DNA of 64,000 bases. It comes from Rhizophagus irregularis. Its lineage: Eukaryota. Both the position numbers and the translations under genes were made by a program. Of this stretch, positions 51,301 through 64,000 are shown one piece after another (position 1 is the stretch's first letter; each line of letters begins with the position of its first letter). A model generated the notes under the pieces. The model was not told where the DNA came from. It saw only the letters and a list, made by a program, of their open reading frames with translations, and made no database searches. Location: NCBI RefSeq assembly GCF_026210795.1, contig NC_089430.1:372001-436000 (forward strand), written 5' to 3'.

Positions 51301-54300
51301 GAAGAATGGTTCATTAAAATACAATTATGAAAAAATAAAATATGAAAGAGAACCTAATAAAGAAGTCACTTTAAAATGCTTGAATAATTCTCAAAATGTT
51401 ATCAGTAACTTGCTAAATGAGGTATAAAACTTCTAATTTTTGTAATTTAATTCTTAAAAATACTTTATTATAACAACTTTTATATTTAACAGGCTAAAGT
51501 ATATTCCTATTATGAATATAATATTCTTAAAACATATGGAATATCCCAAAATCCAGATACAAATGATTATATTATAGTACTTAATAATAGTTATTGTGAA
51601 GAATGTGGTAAAATATATACAGATATAGAAGCTAAATGGTGTAAACCATGTCAAATAAATAATTTAAAACAAAATTTTACAAACTGGACTAGTGGAAATG
51701 AAAAAATTGATGATTTCATTCAAGAAATGCAATTGAAAATTGAAAGTTATGATGATATAATTGTTGAATGGATACCTTATAACCAATTTAATACTATTAA
51801 AGAAATAAGCTTTTCTAAAGCATATTTAGCAATATGGAAGAATGGTTCATTAGAATATAATAAAGAAATAAATTATGAAAGAGAACCTGATAAAGAAGTC
51901 ACTTTAAAATGCTTGAATAATTCTCAAAATGTCATTAGTGGCTTGCTAAATGAGGTATAAAACTTCTAATTTTTGTAATTTAATCCTTAAAAATACTTTA
52001 TTATAACAACTTTTATATTTAACAGGCTAAAGCATATTCCATTAAAGTAAATGAATGTAATATTCCTAAAATATATGGAATATCCCAAAATCCAGATACA
52101 AAAAATTATATTATAGTACTTAATAATAGTTGTTGCAAAGAATGTGGTGAAATATATACAAATGTATGGGGAAAATGGTGTGAACCATGTGGAATAAATA
52201 ATTTAAAACAAAATTTTACAAACTGGACTAGTGGGAATAAAAAAATTGACGAATTCATCCAAGAAATGCAATTGTTAATTGAAAGTCATAATGATATAAT
52301 TGTTGAATGGATACCTTATAACCAATTCAATAATGTTAAAAAAATAGGTAAAGATGGCTTTGATATAGCAATATGGAAGAATGGTTCATTAAAATACAAT
52401 TATGAAAAACTAAAATATGAAAGAGAACCTAATAAAGAAGTCACTTTAAAATGCTTGAATAATTCTCAAAATGTTATCAGTAACTTGCTAAATGAGGTAT
52501 GAAACTTCTAATTTTTGTAATTTAATTCTTAAAAATACTTTATTTTAACAACTTTTATATTTAACAGGCTAAAGTATATTCCTATTATGAATATAATATT
52601 CCCAAAATATATGGAATATCCCAAAATCCAGATACAAATGATTATATTATAGTATTTAATAATAATAGTTGTTGCAAAGAATGTGGTGAAATATATACAG
52701 ATATATGTAGAAAATGGTGTGAACCATGTAGAATAAATAATTTAAAACAAAATTTTACAAACTGGACTAGTGGGAATAAAAAAATTGACGAATTCATCCA
52801 AGAAATGCAATTGTTAATTGAAAGTCATAATGATATAATTGTTGAATGGATACCTTATAACCAATTCAATAATGTTAAAAAAATAGGTAAAGATGGCTTT
52901 GATATAGCAATATGGAAGAATGGTTCATTAGAATACAATTATGAAAAAATAAAATATGAAAGAGAACCTAATAAAGAAGTCACTTTAAAATGCTTGAATA
53001 ATTCTCAAAATGTTATCAGTAACTTGCTAAATAAGGTATGAAACTTCTAATTTTTGTAATTTAATCCTTTAAAATACTTTATTATAACAACTTTTATATT
53101 TAACAGGCTAAAGCATATTCCATTAAAGTAAATGAATGTAATATTCCGAAAATATATGGAATATCCCAAAATCCAGATACAAATGATTATATTATAGTAT
53201 TTAATAATAATAGTTTTTGCAAAGAATGTGGTGAAATATATACAGATATATGGAGAAAATGGTGTAAACCATGTCAAATAAATAATTTGAAACAAAATTT
53301 TACAAACTGGACTAGTGGAAATAAAATAATTGATGAATTCATTCAAGAAACGCAATTGAAAATTAAAAGTCATAATGATATAATTGTTGAATGGATACCT
53401 TATAACCAATTTAATACTATTAAAGAAATAAGCTTTTCTAAAGCATATTTAGCAATATGGAAGAATGGGAAGAATGGTTCATTAGAATATAATGATTATG
53501 AAAGAGAACCTGATAAGGAAGTCACTTTAAAATGCTTGAATAATTCTCAAAATGTCATTAATGACTTGCTAAATGAGGTATAAAACTTTTAATTTTTGTA
53601 ATTTAATTCTATCTTAAAAATACATTATTATAACAACTTTTATATTTAACAGGCTAAGACATATTCCATTAAAGTAGATGAATGCAATATTCCTAAAATA
53701 TATGGGATATCCCAAAATTCAGATACAAATGATTATATCATAGTACTTAATAATAGTTATTGTAAAGAATGTGGTAAAATATATACAGATATAGGAGCTA
53801 AATGGTGTAAACCATGTCAAATTAATGGTTTAAAACAAAATTTTGTAAATTGGACTAGTGGAAATGAAAAAATTAACAATTTTATTCAAAAAATGCAATT
53901 AAAAATCAACAATTATAATGATATAATTGTTGAATGGATACCATATTACCAGCTTATTAGTATTAAAGAAATAGGTAAAGGTGGATTTGCTACAGTCTAT
54001 TTAGCAGTATGGAAAGATGGTCCATTAAATTATAATAAAAGGGAATACAAAAGGGTAACTAGTAATAAAGAAGTTGCTTTAAAATGCTTACATAATTCAC
54101 AAAATATTACTAATGAATTTTTAAATGAGGTATGAAATTTATTTGTTTAGGCTTCATTAAACACTTCTGAATAATGATTGTTTTTACTTTTTGATAGGTT
54201 AATGCATACTCTATTAGTATTAATAATGGAATTCTCAAAATATTTGGTATATCTCAAAATCCAGATACAAATAACTATATTATTGTACTTGAATATGTAG

Positions 54301-55067
54301 ATGGTGGAAATTTTAATAATTACAATAATTACATCAGTAGGAATTACACTTGGAATGAAAAATTGGTTGTACTAAGTAAAATTGGTAAAGGTCTTAAAAT
54401 AATTCATGAAAATAAAGTAGTTCACCGCGATTTCCATACAGGAAATATATTGGTATCAATTAATAATAATAGTTATTATTATATATCTGAAAATCATTCA
54501 AGTAATATATATATTTCAGATATGGGATTATGTGGAGAAGTCAGTAATATAGACAAAACAAAAATTTATGGAGTCATGCCATTTGTAGCTCCTGAAGTAT
54601 TAAGAGGAAAACCATATAGCCAAGCAGCAGATGTATATAGTTTTGGTATGATTATGTATTATATTGCAACTGGAAGACAACCTTTTGCCAATTGTGCTCA
54701 TGATAGTGTTTTGGTATTAAATATATGTAATGGAATTAGACCTGAAATAAATGAACAAGAAGCACCAAAATTTTATATTGATTTAATGAAAAATTGTTGG
54801 GATGAAGATCAAGATAAGAGACCAAGTGCTATTGAAATAGTAAAATTGGTCAATGATCCTTATTGTTCTGTTATAGATGAAGAAATTAAAAAGCAAATTG
54901 AAAAAGCAGAAGAATATAAAAGAACAAATTTTTTGTCTACTAGAAATAGTCAATCAATTCATCCACAAGCTTGTTATACTTCTCGATTACTCAATCCATT
55001 TACACAAGATCTTTCAAAAGATGATACTAGTTGTACTGAATGTTTAGATTGCGTTATTATTGATTGA
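48316..55067 (+). CDS. TKL kinase with 9 exon-encoded CxxC-x10-CxxC / N-lobe modules; exon 4 disrupted
   Basis: Exons 48316-48684, 48757-49230, 49302-49769, 49841-51421 (hAT insertion plus TAG), 51493-51954, 52026-52496, 52568-53035, 53107-53577, 53653-54129 (GKGGFATVY, VALKCL), 54198-55067 (HRDFHTGN, DMG, APE). All introns phase 0; about 1,509 aa if exon 4 is skipped. Confidence 0.8.
49856..50954. mobile_element. Non-autonomous hAT element inserted in kinase exon 4
   Basis: TIR TAGTGC[C/T]TCGACCCG, 8-bp TSD CATATTCC (49848-49855 / 50955-50962), many subterminal ATCCGG/CCGGAT repeats. Confidence 0.92.
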
Positions 55068-55400
55068 ACTGAAGCTATTATAAATTACTATTATTTACTT
55101 ATTTTTATTGAAAACTTATTAAATTACAAATCATTTTATAGGTAGGTTATCGAACAAATGAAAATAAATCAATTAGAACATGCATCTGCACCAAATAGAA
55201 AATACATTTTATGAAGTTTCATCTAAGAAAAAAGTGATGATTATAAATATAAAAGGTTGTAACACAGTTGTGATAAACTCATTTTCTAACTATAATTTGA
55301 TACTAAATTCCTTATATCAGATAAGATGCAACAAACTTAAGCCTAATATTACTATTAATACAAATTTTATAATTAGGATATTATTTTTTTTTGTTGATAT

Positions 55401-56279
55401 TGTTACGCGAATTTTTGCGCATGTGATTTCCGATATTATATGGTGATCCGATGAAATTCGGTACATTTGTGTACATGTCGATTTCCGATGTTATGAGACG
55501 ATTTACGCCGATATATGATAGTTGCTGATTTGTGTATATCGGTTAACTATATTAAAGATATTGATTTTAATTGATAGATTTACTTATATATCGTTTTTAT
55601 AGTTATTTTATTTTATTTAGATAATTTATTTATATTATTTATTTTCTTTATTTGTATTGTTTATATATAAGATTTTATTAGAAGTTATTGTAGGGAAATT
55701 AGCTCAATAGTAATTAACCGTCTAAAATTATCATTTGTACTTTATTAAAAGTGGCTTATAATCGTATTGTAATTGTATTGATATATTACGAATCAATAAC
55801 CCATCAATAGACATCTATAGATTAGATTTTGCCTTGATGACAGGAAAAAGAGATGACGGTTAGATAAAATAAGATATAAATACACCTTCCGCCAACTCTT
55901 TGATAGAGTAGTTATCTCATAGCTATTTTTCTGTAGTTATTTTGTCATTAAATATCTTTAAGATATATTTCCTATCCCTTTCTGTCACTTTTTATCACTT
56001 TGTTGTAAAGATCCGAATTTACACCTGTTTAATAAAATCGTTATATTTGGTCAATATTACACGTTGTTTCTAACAGTCATATAACAGTTGTTGTTATAAC
56101 CATTGCGTATTATTTTCATTTATCGTATTTATAGTGTTTACCTTGACGATTCTTAACGAACAATACCGGAAGTACCTTGGATAGGTAGTATTGAGTAAGA
56201 ATTTTGTTGGTATTCGTGTAGTTATACGATATAAGTCATCCGCCATTCGTCCCTTAATTACCGTCATTATTCGGTAACA
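55401..56279. mobile_element. Solo LTR (copy B), 879 bp
   Basis: TGTTAC..GTAACA termini, 4-bp TSD ATAT; the empty paralogous site TTGTTGATATCATT is at ~43651-43664. Confidence 0.88.
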
Positions 56280-56841
56280 ATATCATTATATTTTGTTCAA
56301 CACTAATTATAGAGTACTGTATATGTAATATTTTTTTTACATAAATAAAAAAATTAGTTTGTAATTGAACAAATTAAATATAAGTTTTGAAAATATTATT
56401 ACTAACTGTAATTTTATGTGATTAAAATTTAGAAATAAGTTAATAATAAATATAAATGGTAATTATCAATTTTTTTAAACCTATTATTGACGAATTATTA
56501 CTAATAATAGATTCAATAGTGTATTTATTGCTAACATTTTCTTTCAAAATAACAAATTTTCTTATTATGCGGTTATATTTCGTATATCAAAATTATTATA
56601 CACTTAATTATTTAATTACAGATAAACATAGTGTCTCTTTATTAAAGATTTGGTTATGAAAATATTGTGACAATACTTATCAAGACGGAATGCAAAAAAT
56701 TGACACTGTAATTTATAAAAATATGGTATACAATTTAAAATATATAATTTAACCTAGGCTGGGACTTTATCAATACTCTAATCAAAAAGAAAGAATTTGT
56801 TAAACTCTCGCCATACAATAAAATTATTATCTAGATTTTAT

Positions 56842-57054
56842 AGGACCCCGAAATATATATGTAGAGGTCAGGTCCAGAAGTGGTCCAAAATACGCATTCT
56901 TTCAGGGCCGGAATTACGATAATTTCAGCCATTATCTAAATTAGGAAATATTATTTTGGCTGGGATTATCCATAAAAGGAATGATCTACATGATTTTTTT
57001 GACTCATTATACGCAAACTCTGACCTGACCCTTTTATGTATATTTCGGGGTCCT
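56842..57054. mobile_element. MITE of the AGGACCCCGAAATATA family
   Basis: TIR AGGACCCCGAAATATA; direct repeat GATTTTAT on both flanks. Confidence 0.8.
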
Positions 57055-60000
57055 GATTTTATTCTTTTATTGCTAATTAAAGGTAATAAATAAATATTTA
57101 ACAACTATATTAATATGCTTTGAATTATATAATATGTTTAAAAAAAATCATATATATAAAATATATTAATGTTTTTTTCTAATTATCACTGTTTTGCAAG
57201 TTCTCTTTATACGATATTTACTTGAAAAAAATTGGAGAAACTATAGTCCGGAAGCCAATATAACTTTCAACAGTATATATAAGCTTTAATTAAATTTAAT
57301 TAAAGAATAAAAATTTAACAAAATTCTCATTATAAGTATCTTTTTGTAAATGTTTACCATAATAAAAAACTAAAATGATGCCGATTCAGATAATTTGGAA
57401 GCGAATGTACTTTGTACAAGCAAAAAAAAATATGTAGTATGAGAATTAAGTTATTTAAATTGTTAGATAAATTATACAAAATTAATACGTAATTTCATAT
57501 AAAATTGCTTTGATGTGTTTATTAAAATATCAAATAAGAATATAGTGACAGAGAAATTTTTTATAAACTCATGACTAATTAGATGAAATTAAACCGAATC
57601 TATAACTAAGGTGATTTATAATGATATTAAAAAGAGCTATTATAATTAAGTAGCTATCTAAAAGTAATAAAATATTTCACTTTCTTTAAAATTTGAATAG
57701 TAAAATTCGCCTAACTTTAAAATCAATAATAAAATTATAATCACTTAAATTTCTTTAAAATATTATAGGAAAAAAAAGAAATAAATTTAAACCAAAGTTT
57801 TTACTTTTGGAAAATATTTCAAAGTATGGTTGTGAAACGGAACAATTCTTTATTTTTGGCTGAGTCTATAGTATTTTTCGATATAATGCATTTGTAATCC
57901 AATTCCATTTCCATCATAATTTGAACACGAAATCCTGAAACTATACTTATAATCCTGACGGTATAATATCCCGATATTCACCCGTAGTTACTTCTCGAAA
58001 AATCAAAATATCGAAATGTTATAATCCCAACACTTCATAAGTCCGAAATTCAAAATACGGAAAAGAAAAATCTTGAGATCGGTATTATGGTGGTACGGGA
58101 TTACGACATTAATTTCGAGATTATGGCATTTGGATTAAGATTTCGTCGGATTTTGAGTGTCTGGATTTAGGATGACGGGATACAGAGTCCACAAAATTAA
58201 TAGTGATTCTTTCAAAATCAGTTTATATATTTTCTTTTTAAGGTTTAATATTTGGTATACCATTAGAAAGGTAATTGAGAGTTCGTAGAGTAAACTTATA
58301 TTCTTTACGTCACTCTCTTTATAAATGTACTGAATTTCTGTATGGTACATAACAAATAATGATCAAATTATTACAACATTATGCAACAAGCCCAAAAGCA
58401 TTTTCAAGTAATGAATTGTAACATCTTGATTTTTGAATTTTTGAAGATTTTAAAATCATTAAACATATTTTAATTAAAATAATTAATAATTAATCATATT
58501 GATCGCAGATAAAAATTACCCTTTAGTGTAAAAAGGATTAAATGATTTTTTATTACTATTTTTAAATTAATTATTGCAAACGGGAACTTTTAAAATTATA
58601 AGATAGATTCATGATTTATTATTATTATTTTTAAATTCTTCACTAGAAGGATTTTTATGAATCTCAAGATGCGATTTGTAGTTTGACAAAAAGTTGTTTT
58701 TCATATGTGTGCGTATTAACAGATATTTACACACTACTAAGTGTCTTCCGCTACATCATGTATCCTCCACTATGCTTTGTATCTTCCGCTATGCTTTGTA
58801 TTAAAAAATCATGACGTTTAGTAAAGATAATCGATGTAATTATTATAACTGTTAAAATGAATTTGACAAATTTCTTTTAAAATATTTGATTAAAACATTA
58901 TTACGTATGAAAGTTTACAATAACAAAATGATTCGGATTTTTTTATTTCGAAAGAATTGGTATTATGAAATTCTTAAAAGCAATATTTAGGGCGAAACTA
59001 AATTATTTAGTCTACCAATTAGGTAACTATTTACCCAATTCAAACCTCAGCTTTAAGTATATCTAGAAATCATAGATAATAACGTTGTAAGCTTGCTGCC
59101 AATGTTTAACACTATATTAAAAGAAGGCAAAGCCAGTTTTTATTTGTAAATTTTTTGGAAAATTATTCTATTTTTAATAACTTTTGTCTTCCTTGGTGTC
59201 CAGATTTTGCACGGAATTTTTCCAAAGTTCAGAGATTATGTTCACAAAAACATTTCTTATACTTAACATATATAATAAAGTATTTAAAAAAAATAAGATT
59301 CACAACTTGATCCAATAATTATCTAATTAATCATATAAAACAAATTTTGATGTTAAATTATGATTGAAATTTCAAAATTAATAAATATTCAAGTATAATC
59401 AAAGATTTTAGCTTAAATGACATATTTCTTTTTAATATAATTGGAAAATTATTTTTTTTAAGTAACATATTCCTTTTCTATTTGCTTATCCACATCAATA
59501 ACTAAAAGTCAATATAATCATATATATAAGAAAATATACCGTTATTTTATTGCTCCTTCTGAATTTTTTATTTCCCAAAAAAGATAGAAAAGTATTTGTT
59601 TGTTTATTAATTAGAATAATAAACATACTATGATACTAGCCCAGTAAATATGGCTTTGCTTTGTTATTTCATTAACTACATATACTGACAGGTAAAGGTA
59701 AAGTTTTGGAATTATTTTTACAATTATTCTTTACAATTATAAAGTTTGTGAAGTATAAATCTTTAATCCTGTACATTAGGAGTAATTTATCTATTAGGAA
59801 AGGACTAAAATTTATAATGAAAAAAAAATTTTCAGACATGGTTTTTATAAATCACCACGTGGTGATCATCACCGTACCAGCATTAGCAAATATCGGAGGG
59901 CAGAGTTTCATGTCATTTTTAATTCTGCCCAAAATTCTACCCTAATTCCGGTAAGATGACAGTGATATTTAGCTATACTATTTTATAATTCGATTTAGGA

Positions 60001-61197
60001 GAAATGAACAATATATACTACTAAAAGCGTGCCTATAAATATAATTTACAAAATTTAATACTAAAATTTAAGCGGTAATAATCTCATATTGTAATATTGT
60101 AATAGAAATAAATACAAATCAATACTATTCAAGTACATATAAAATAAAAATTTACGTAATGTAATTGTAAATCAGTTTGGTAAGCCTCAACTAAACAAAG
60201 AAATAATATATTCAAAGTAGACCAACAGTTATTATTTTCAGAAAAAGCCCAGTTGCTGAGTAGCCTGAGTAGCCTGATGACCAAAATTTTTTGCACTGCC
60301 GCATTTCGTTAAGAGAACGGTTACAGCTTACCTATAGTCTATAAAAATGTACAAATTTTACAATAATGTAAATAATAAAATTGTTCTATTAGTTTTAATA
60401 AAATAAAGTTAAACCTAAATGTATAAATTCTGAATTTTTCATTGAACTTTATAATCTCTTTTTCCAGCAAGAAGCTCTAACTTCTACTATTAGAAAAAGC
60501 AATAAACAAAATCATGTATCAGGAATTTTAACTATGCTACGCTTATAGATATAACTTTAATCGTCTTTCATGAGATCAAAAAGTTACTAAAGTTATCAAT
60601 GAATTTATTTGAGATATTGTTAACATTTTTTCTCCAAAATAATAAAATTTGAATAAATATTTACCAAAACGATTTTACCAATTAAGTTTAGGAAATATTA
60701 AAAAAATTAATTTTACGTGAATTTATAGAAACGAAGTATACAAAAATTTATTACTTTAAACAAAATATTTATTTCTTTTTCTTTTATGAAAATTAATACT
60801 TCAAGTTTATCAAAATAAAAAAAGAGATTTTTTCGTAAACTCTCACTATACCATCTATGCTTTAACTTACATTATTAGTGAAATTTAACGGACAATAATA
60901 ATATAAATATACTTAAAGAAACGATACAAAGATCAGCAAACTCTTTCACAAGTTTTTTGACTTAAACTTGAGAAAATATATCCAAATACTGAGTAATATA
61001 TGTAATTTGAATTTAATTTTCAGCAACTGTTACTTAAAAAATATATATATATACCGCCTATACTATATAAAAATTAAAATGTGACGTCACCAGATGTTTT
61101 GCTTTTTTTCAAGCAAAAAATACTTTAACCTTTAGAATTAAATCATATATTATAAAGTGCTTTAAGACTTTGCATGTAATAATTATATAATTATATC

Positions 61198-61389
61198 AGG
61201 ACCCAAAATATATATGTAAAGGTCAAGTGATTTCAGTAAATTATGTTTTTCAGGGCCGAAATTATGCTAACCTCAGTCAGTTACTAAAATAGTAATAAAA
61301 TTTTGACCGGCATTATCTAAAGAAATTATCTAAAAAGGAATGATCAACACGATTCAAAATTCTCTCTACCTTATACATTTTGGTGTCCT
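61198..61389. mobile_element. Degenerate copy of the same MITE family
   Basis: AGGACCCAAAATATATATGTAAAGGTCA..TTCAGGGCCG..GTGTCCT, homologous to 56842-57054. Confidence 0.65.
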
Positions 61390-63059
61390 ATTATAATATA
61401 AAACTTCTTTGTATATTAGGCTATCAAATAAGGGTACATTCAAAAGAAACTAGCAATGAAGCTTTTTTCATAATTTGATTGCAGTCGATTATTGTAATAC
61501 TACCAGATGATTCAGATCTAAAACGGGATGTTTTGCAGTTTGCACCAAATATCAAATTATCAATCGGTCTTTATTATGAGATTTTGTATAGATAATGAAA
61601 ATAATATGCAAATTAAATATTTTATTAAGAAATTACTAATGTATACGTAATAGCATAATATATATTATATTTAAGTAATAAATTATTATTATTTAACTGT
61701 TTATGGTTATAACAAATTAAATAACTATTGAATATTTTATATTATAGTTATCTCTAGTATCTCCAATCAGATTAACGTTTGTTGCATTTTCGGTAAAAGC
61801 CCTGTTTCTGCATAGCCCGCCCGAATTTTGCCAAAAAAATTGCGCCACGCGTCACCTTTAGCTCTGCCACATTTTTGCATATATAAACCCCTTGTTTAAT
61901 ATACAATAAAAATCTGACATTCAAATTTATGAAATTATAAGATAAACAGTATTATTGCCATTAAGATAGAATGACAACTGTATTATTTGTATTATTTATA
62001 GCATTAACAACGGTGTCTGAACAATAACACAATTATTGGATGGATGTAAAAAATAATACAGTACTTTGTGCGCACACGCTGCTGTTTAGCGGTTGGTATA
62101 TTTTTTGGCGAGTTTTTTGTATTTTACTGAAGATTATCATTATATTGTAGAAGTAAGTGGCTTAGTTAAGTTTGTAATTAAATTTAGTTTACAAATAATA
62201 AATTAGAAAACTGACTTTAATTGGTAACCGCTTTATTTTTTTTTCACCAATTTTTGGGTTTTTTTTTTGTTTCAAATTTCTGTTTCGTTGCACAAAAAGA
62301 TCAGCCAATCAAAAATGAATACCAGAATGAACAGGACTAATAAAGAATATCGTTTATTAACTTGATAAGTTAGGAACAAAAAAAAGTTCGTACATTAATT
62401 AATTAAATTTTTTTTTTCTTTTTTAGTGATTGTTGAAATATTTTAATTTTAATATATCATATATATATTTTTTTATAAGAATTTTAAGTAAAGGTGACGT
62501 TAAAAAATGTTTTTAAGGTGCATAAGTATAATAAATTCACAAGTTAATAAATCACATTTTTTGACATCATAATTTTTGATATTTTATGTAATATTAATTC
62601 TTTATAATATTTTGTTAAAATATACACCATTAATTTTTTTTATTATGACAATACTTTATTGTCCGAAACCATAACTTCTAAGCATTTTCAAATGCAATGT
62701 CGTTCTATTCCGCATGCTTATCGACCAATTAGATTTTGTATTTAATTTACGTTTGCCCTGTCATAACGTTAACCCCAGTTATGCTTCGGACCTGAACGAT
62801 TTGCGTTCCCTAGTTCATATAGTAGTTCATAATATTAATATCATAGTAAATTGGAAAATTTAAATCATAAAATTGATTTTATTCGTAAAAAGCTATTTGT
62901 TCAATTACAAACTGATTTTATTTATGCGAAGGAAAGTTCACACATACTCTATAATCGGTGTTGAACGAATCAATATAATAGAGCTTTTAAATGTTCTTTA
63001 ACGACAAATGTTTTTAAATATAACTATTTGCATCTTTTTCAATAATAAATAGAGTAATA

Positions 63060-63935
63060 TTATATTTCACATTCTAAACATTCAGAATATTTCGGAAGAT
63101 CATTTGTATAGGAATTAAGTAGTTGTGATGTATAAACAGCTTGTGGATGAGTGGGTGATTGTCTTCTTTCCTCTAAAAGTATGGTATTTGATTCTTTGTA
63201 CTCTTCCGCTTTTTTAAATTGCTTTTCAATATCATAATGTTGTTGGTTTTTTTCTTCGGTTAACAAATGTGAATTTGGTACATATGATTCATGAAATAAA
63301 TGAATCGATTCTGCTATTTCAGTTGCTTTTGGTCTATTATCTGGATTTAAATTCCAACACTTCTTCATTAAGTCTACATAACATTCTGGTACTTCTAGTT
63401 CATTCATTTTAGGTCTAATTCCCTCACAGATATCCAATGCTAGATTTTCATCATGTGCACAATAGGAAAAAGGCTGTCTGCTAGTTGCTATAAAATACAT
63501 AATCATACCAAAACTATATATATCTGCTGCTTGAGTGTAAGGTCGTCCTCTCAACACTTCAGGTGCTACATAAGGCATAACTCCATAAATATTTTCTTCA
63601 TCCGTATTATCAACTCTTTCACATAATCCCATATCTGCTATACACATTGAACTATAATCTTCTAAAAAAGCATACATTGATAATATATTTCCTGTATGAA
63701 AATCACGATGAACCATTTGTCTTTCATGAATTTCTTCAAGACCCTTTATAATACATATTAATATTTCTATATTATGTGACCAGTTAAGATTTTTATAATG
63801 TTTATTTATCCAGTTATATAAACTTCCGCCTTCTGCATAATCAAGAACCATAATATAATTATTTGTATCAGGATTTTGAGATATTCCGTATATTGAAAGA
63901 ATTCTATCAGATTCATTAATAGAATATCCTTTAAT
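63060..63935 (-). CDS. Last exon of a TKL kinase (gene continues off the right edge)
   Basis: Acceptor AG at 63936-63937; IYGISQNPDT, HRDFHTGN, DMG, APE, DIYSFG. Confidence 0.88.
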   Translation of the reverse strand: MKGYSINESDRILSIYGISQNPDTNNYIMVLDYAEGGSLYNWINKHYKNLNWSHNIEILICIIKGLEEIHERQMVHRDFHTGNILSMYAFLEDYSSMCIADMGLCERVDNTDEENIYGVMPYVAPEVLRGRPYTQAADIYSFGMIMYFIATSRQPFSYCAHDENLALDICEGIRPKMNELEVPECYVDLMKKCWNLNPDNRPKATEIAESIHLFHESYVPNSHLLTEEKNQQHYDIEKQFKKAEEYKESNTILLEERRQSPTHPQAVYTSQLLNSYTNDLPKYSECLECEI

Positions 63936-64000
63936 CTATTAAAATACACTAATTAATTATTAATATATTTGAATGATTTAACTTGAATAAAATATTTCAT

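Noticed and set aside
50912..51301. 129-aa ORF MCNPDDGF..
   Set aside because: Chimera of the hAT right end and disrupted kinase exon 4.
57927..58190. AATCCCGA-rich MITE-like remnant
   Set aside because: Only one plausible end; no TIR pair or TSD.
62661..62791. Short inverted repeat GTCCGAA..CATAACT / AGTTATG..TTCGGAC
   Set aside because: Only 15 bp with an indel and no TSD; not enough for a TE call.

Overview
AT-rich fungal genomic DNA with short spliceosomal introns. The gene content (expanded TKL-type kinases with HRDxHxGN/D[LM]G motifs, an F-box/LRR gene, a TRP-like channel) points to an arbuscular mycorrhizal fungus (Glomeromycota, Rhizophagus-like); this is an inference from protein families. 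There are five TKL kinase genes plus one kinase fragment. Two of them (21.0-28.0 kb on -, 48.3-55.1 kb on +) carry long arrays of symmetric phase-0 exons, each encoding a Cys-motif plus a kinase N-lobe-like module, ahead of a single complete kinase domain. In the + gene one exon is doubly inactivated (hAT insertion and a nonsense codon) but could be skipped in frame. The intergenic DNA is a layered transposon record: an intact-ORF DD34E Tc1 element, two solo LTRs of one family inserted independently in paralogous kinase 3' regions, an ORF1-only LINE-like insertion with poly(A) and TSD, several Helitron-type 3' ends, a CCCTA-ended CACTA-like element and hAT-type MITEs. A 3.3-kb array of about 30 units, each shaped as a micro-exon plus a canonical GT-AG intron, lies next to one Helitron-type end. 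All exon boundaries were read by eye and have no RNA support.
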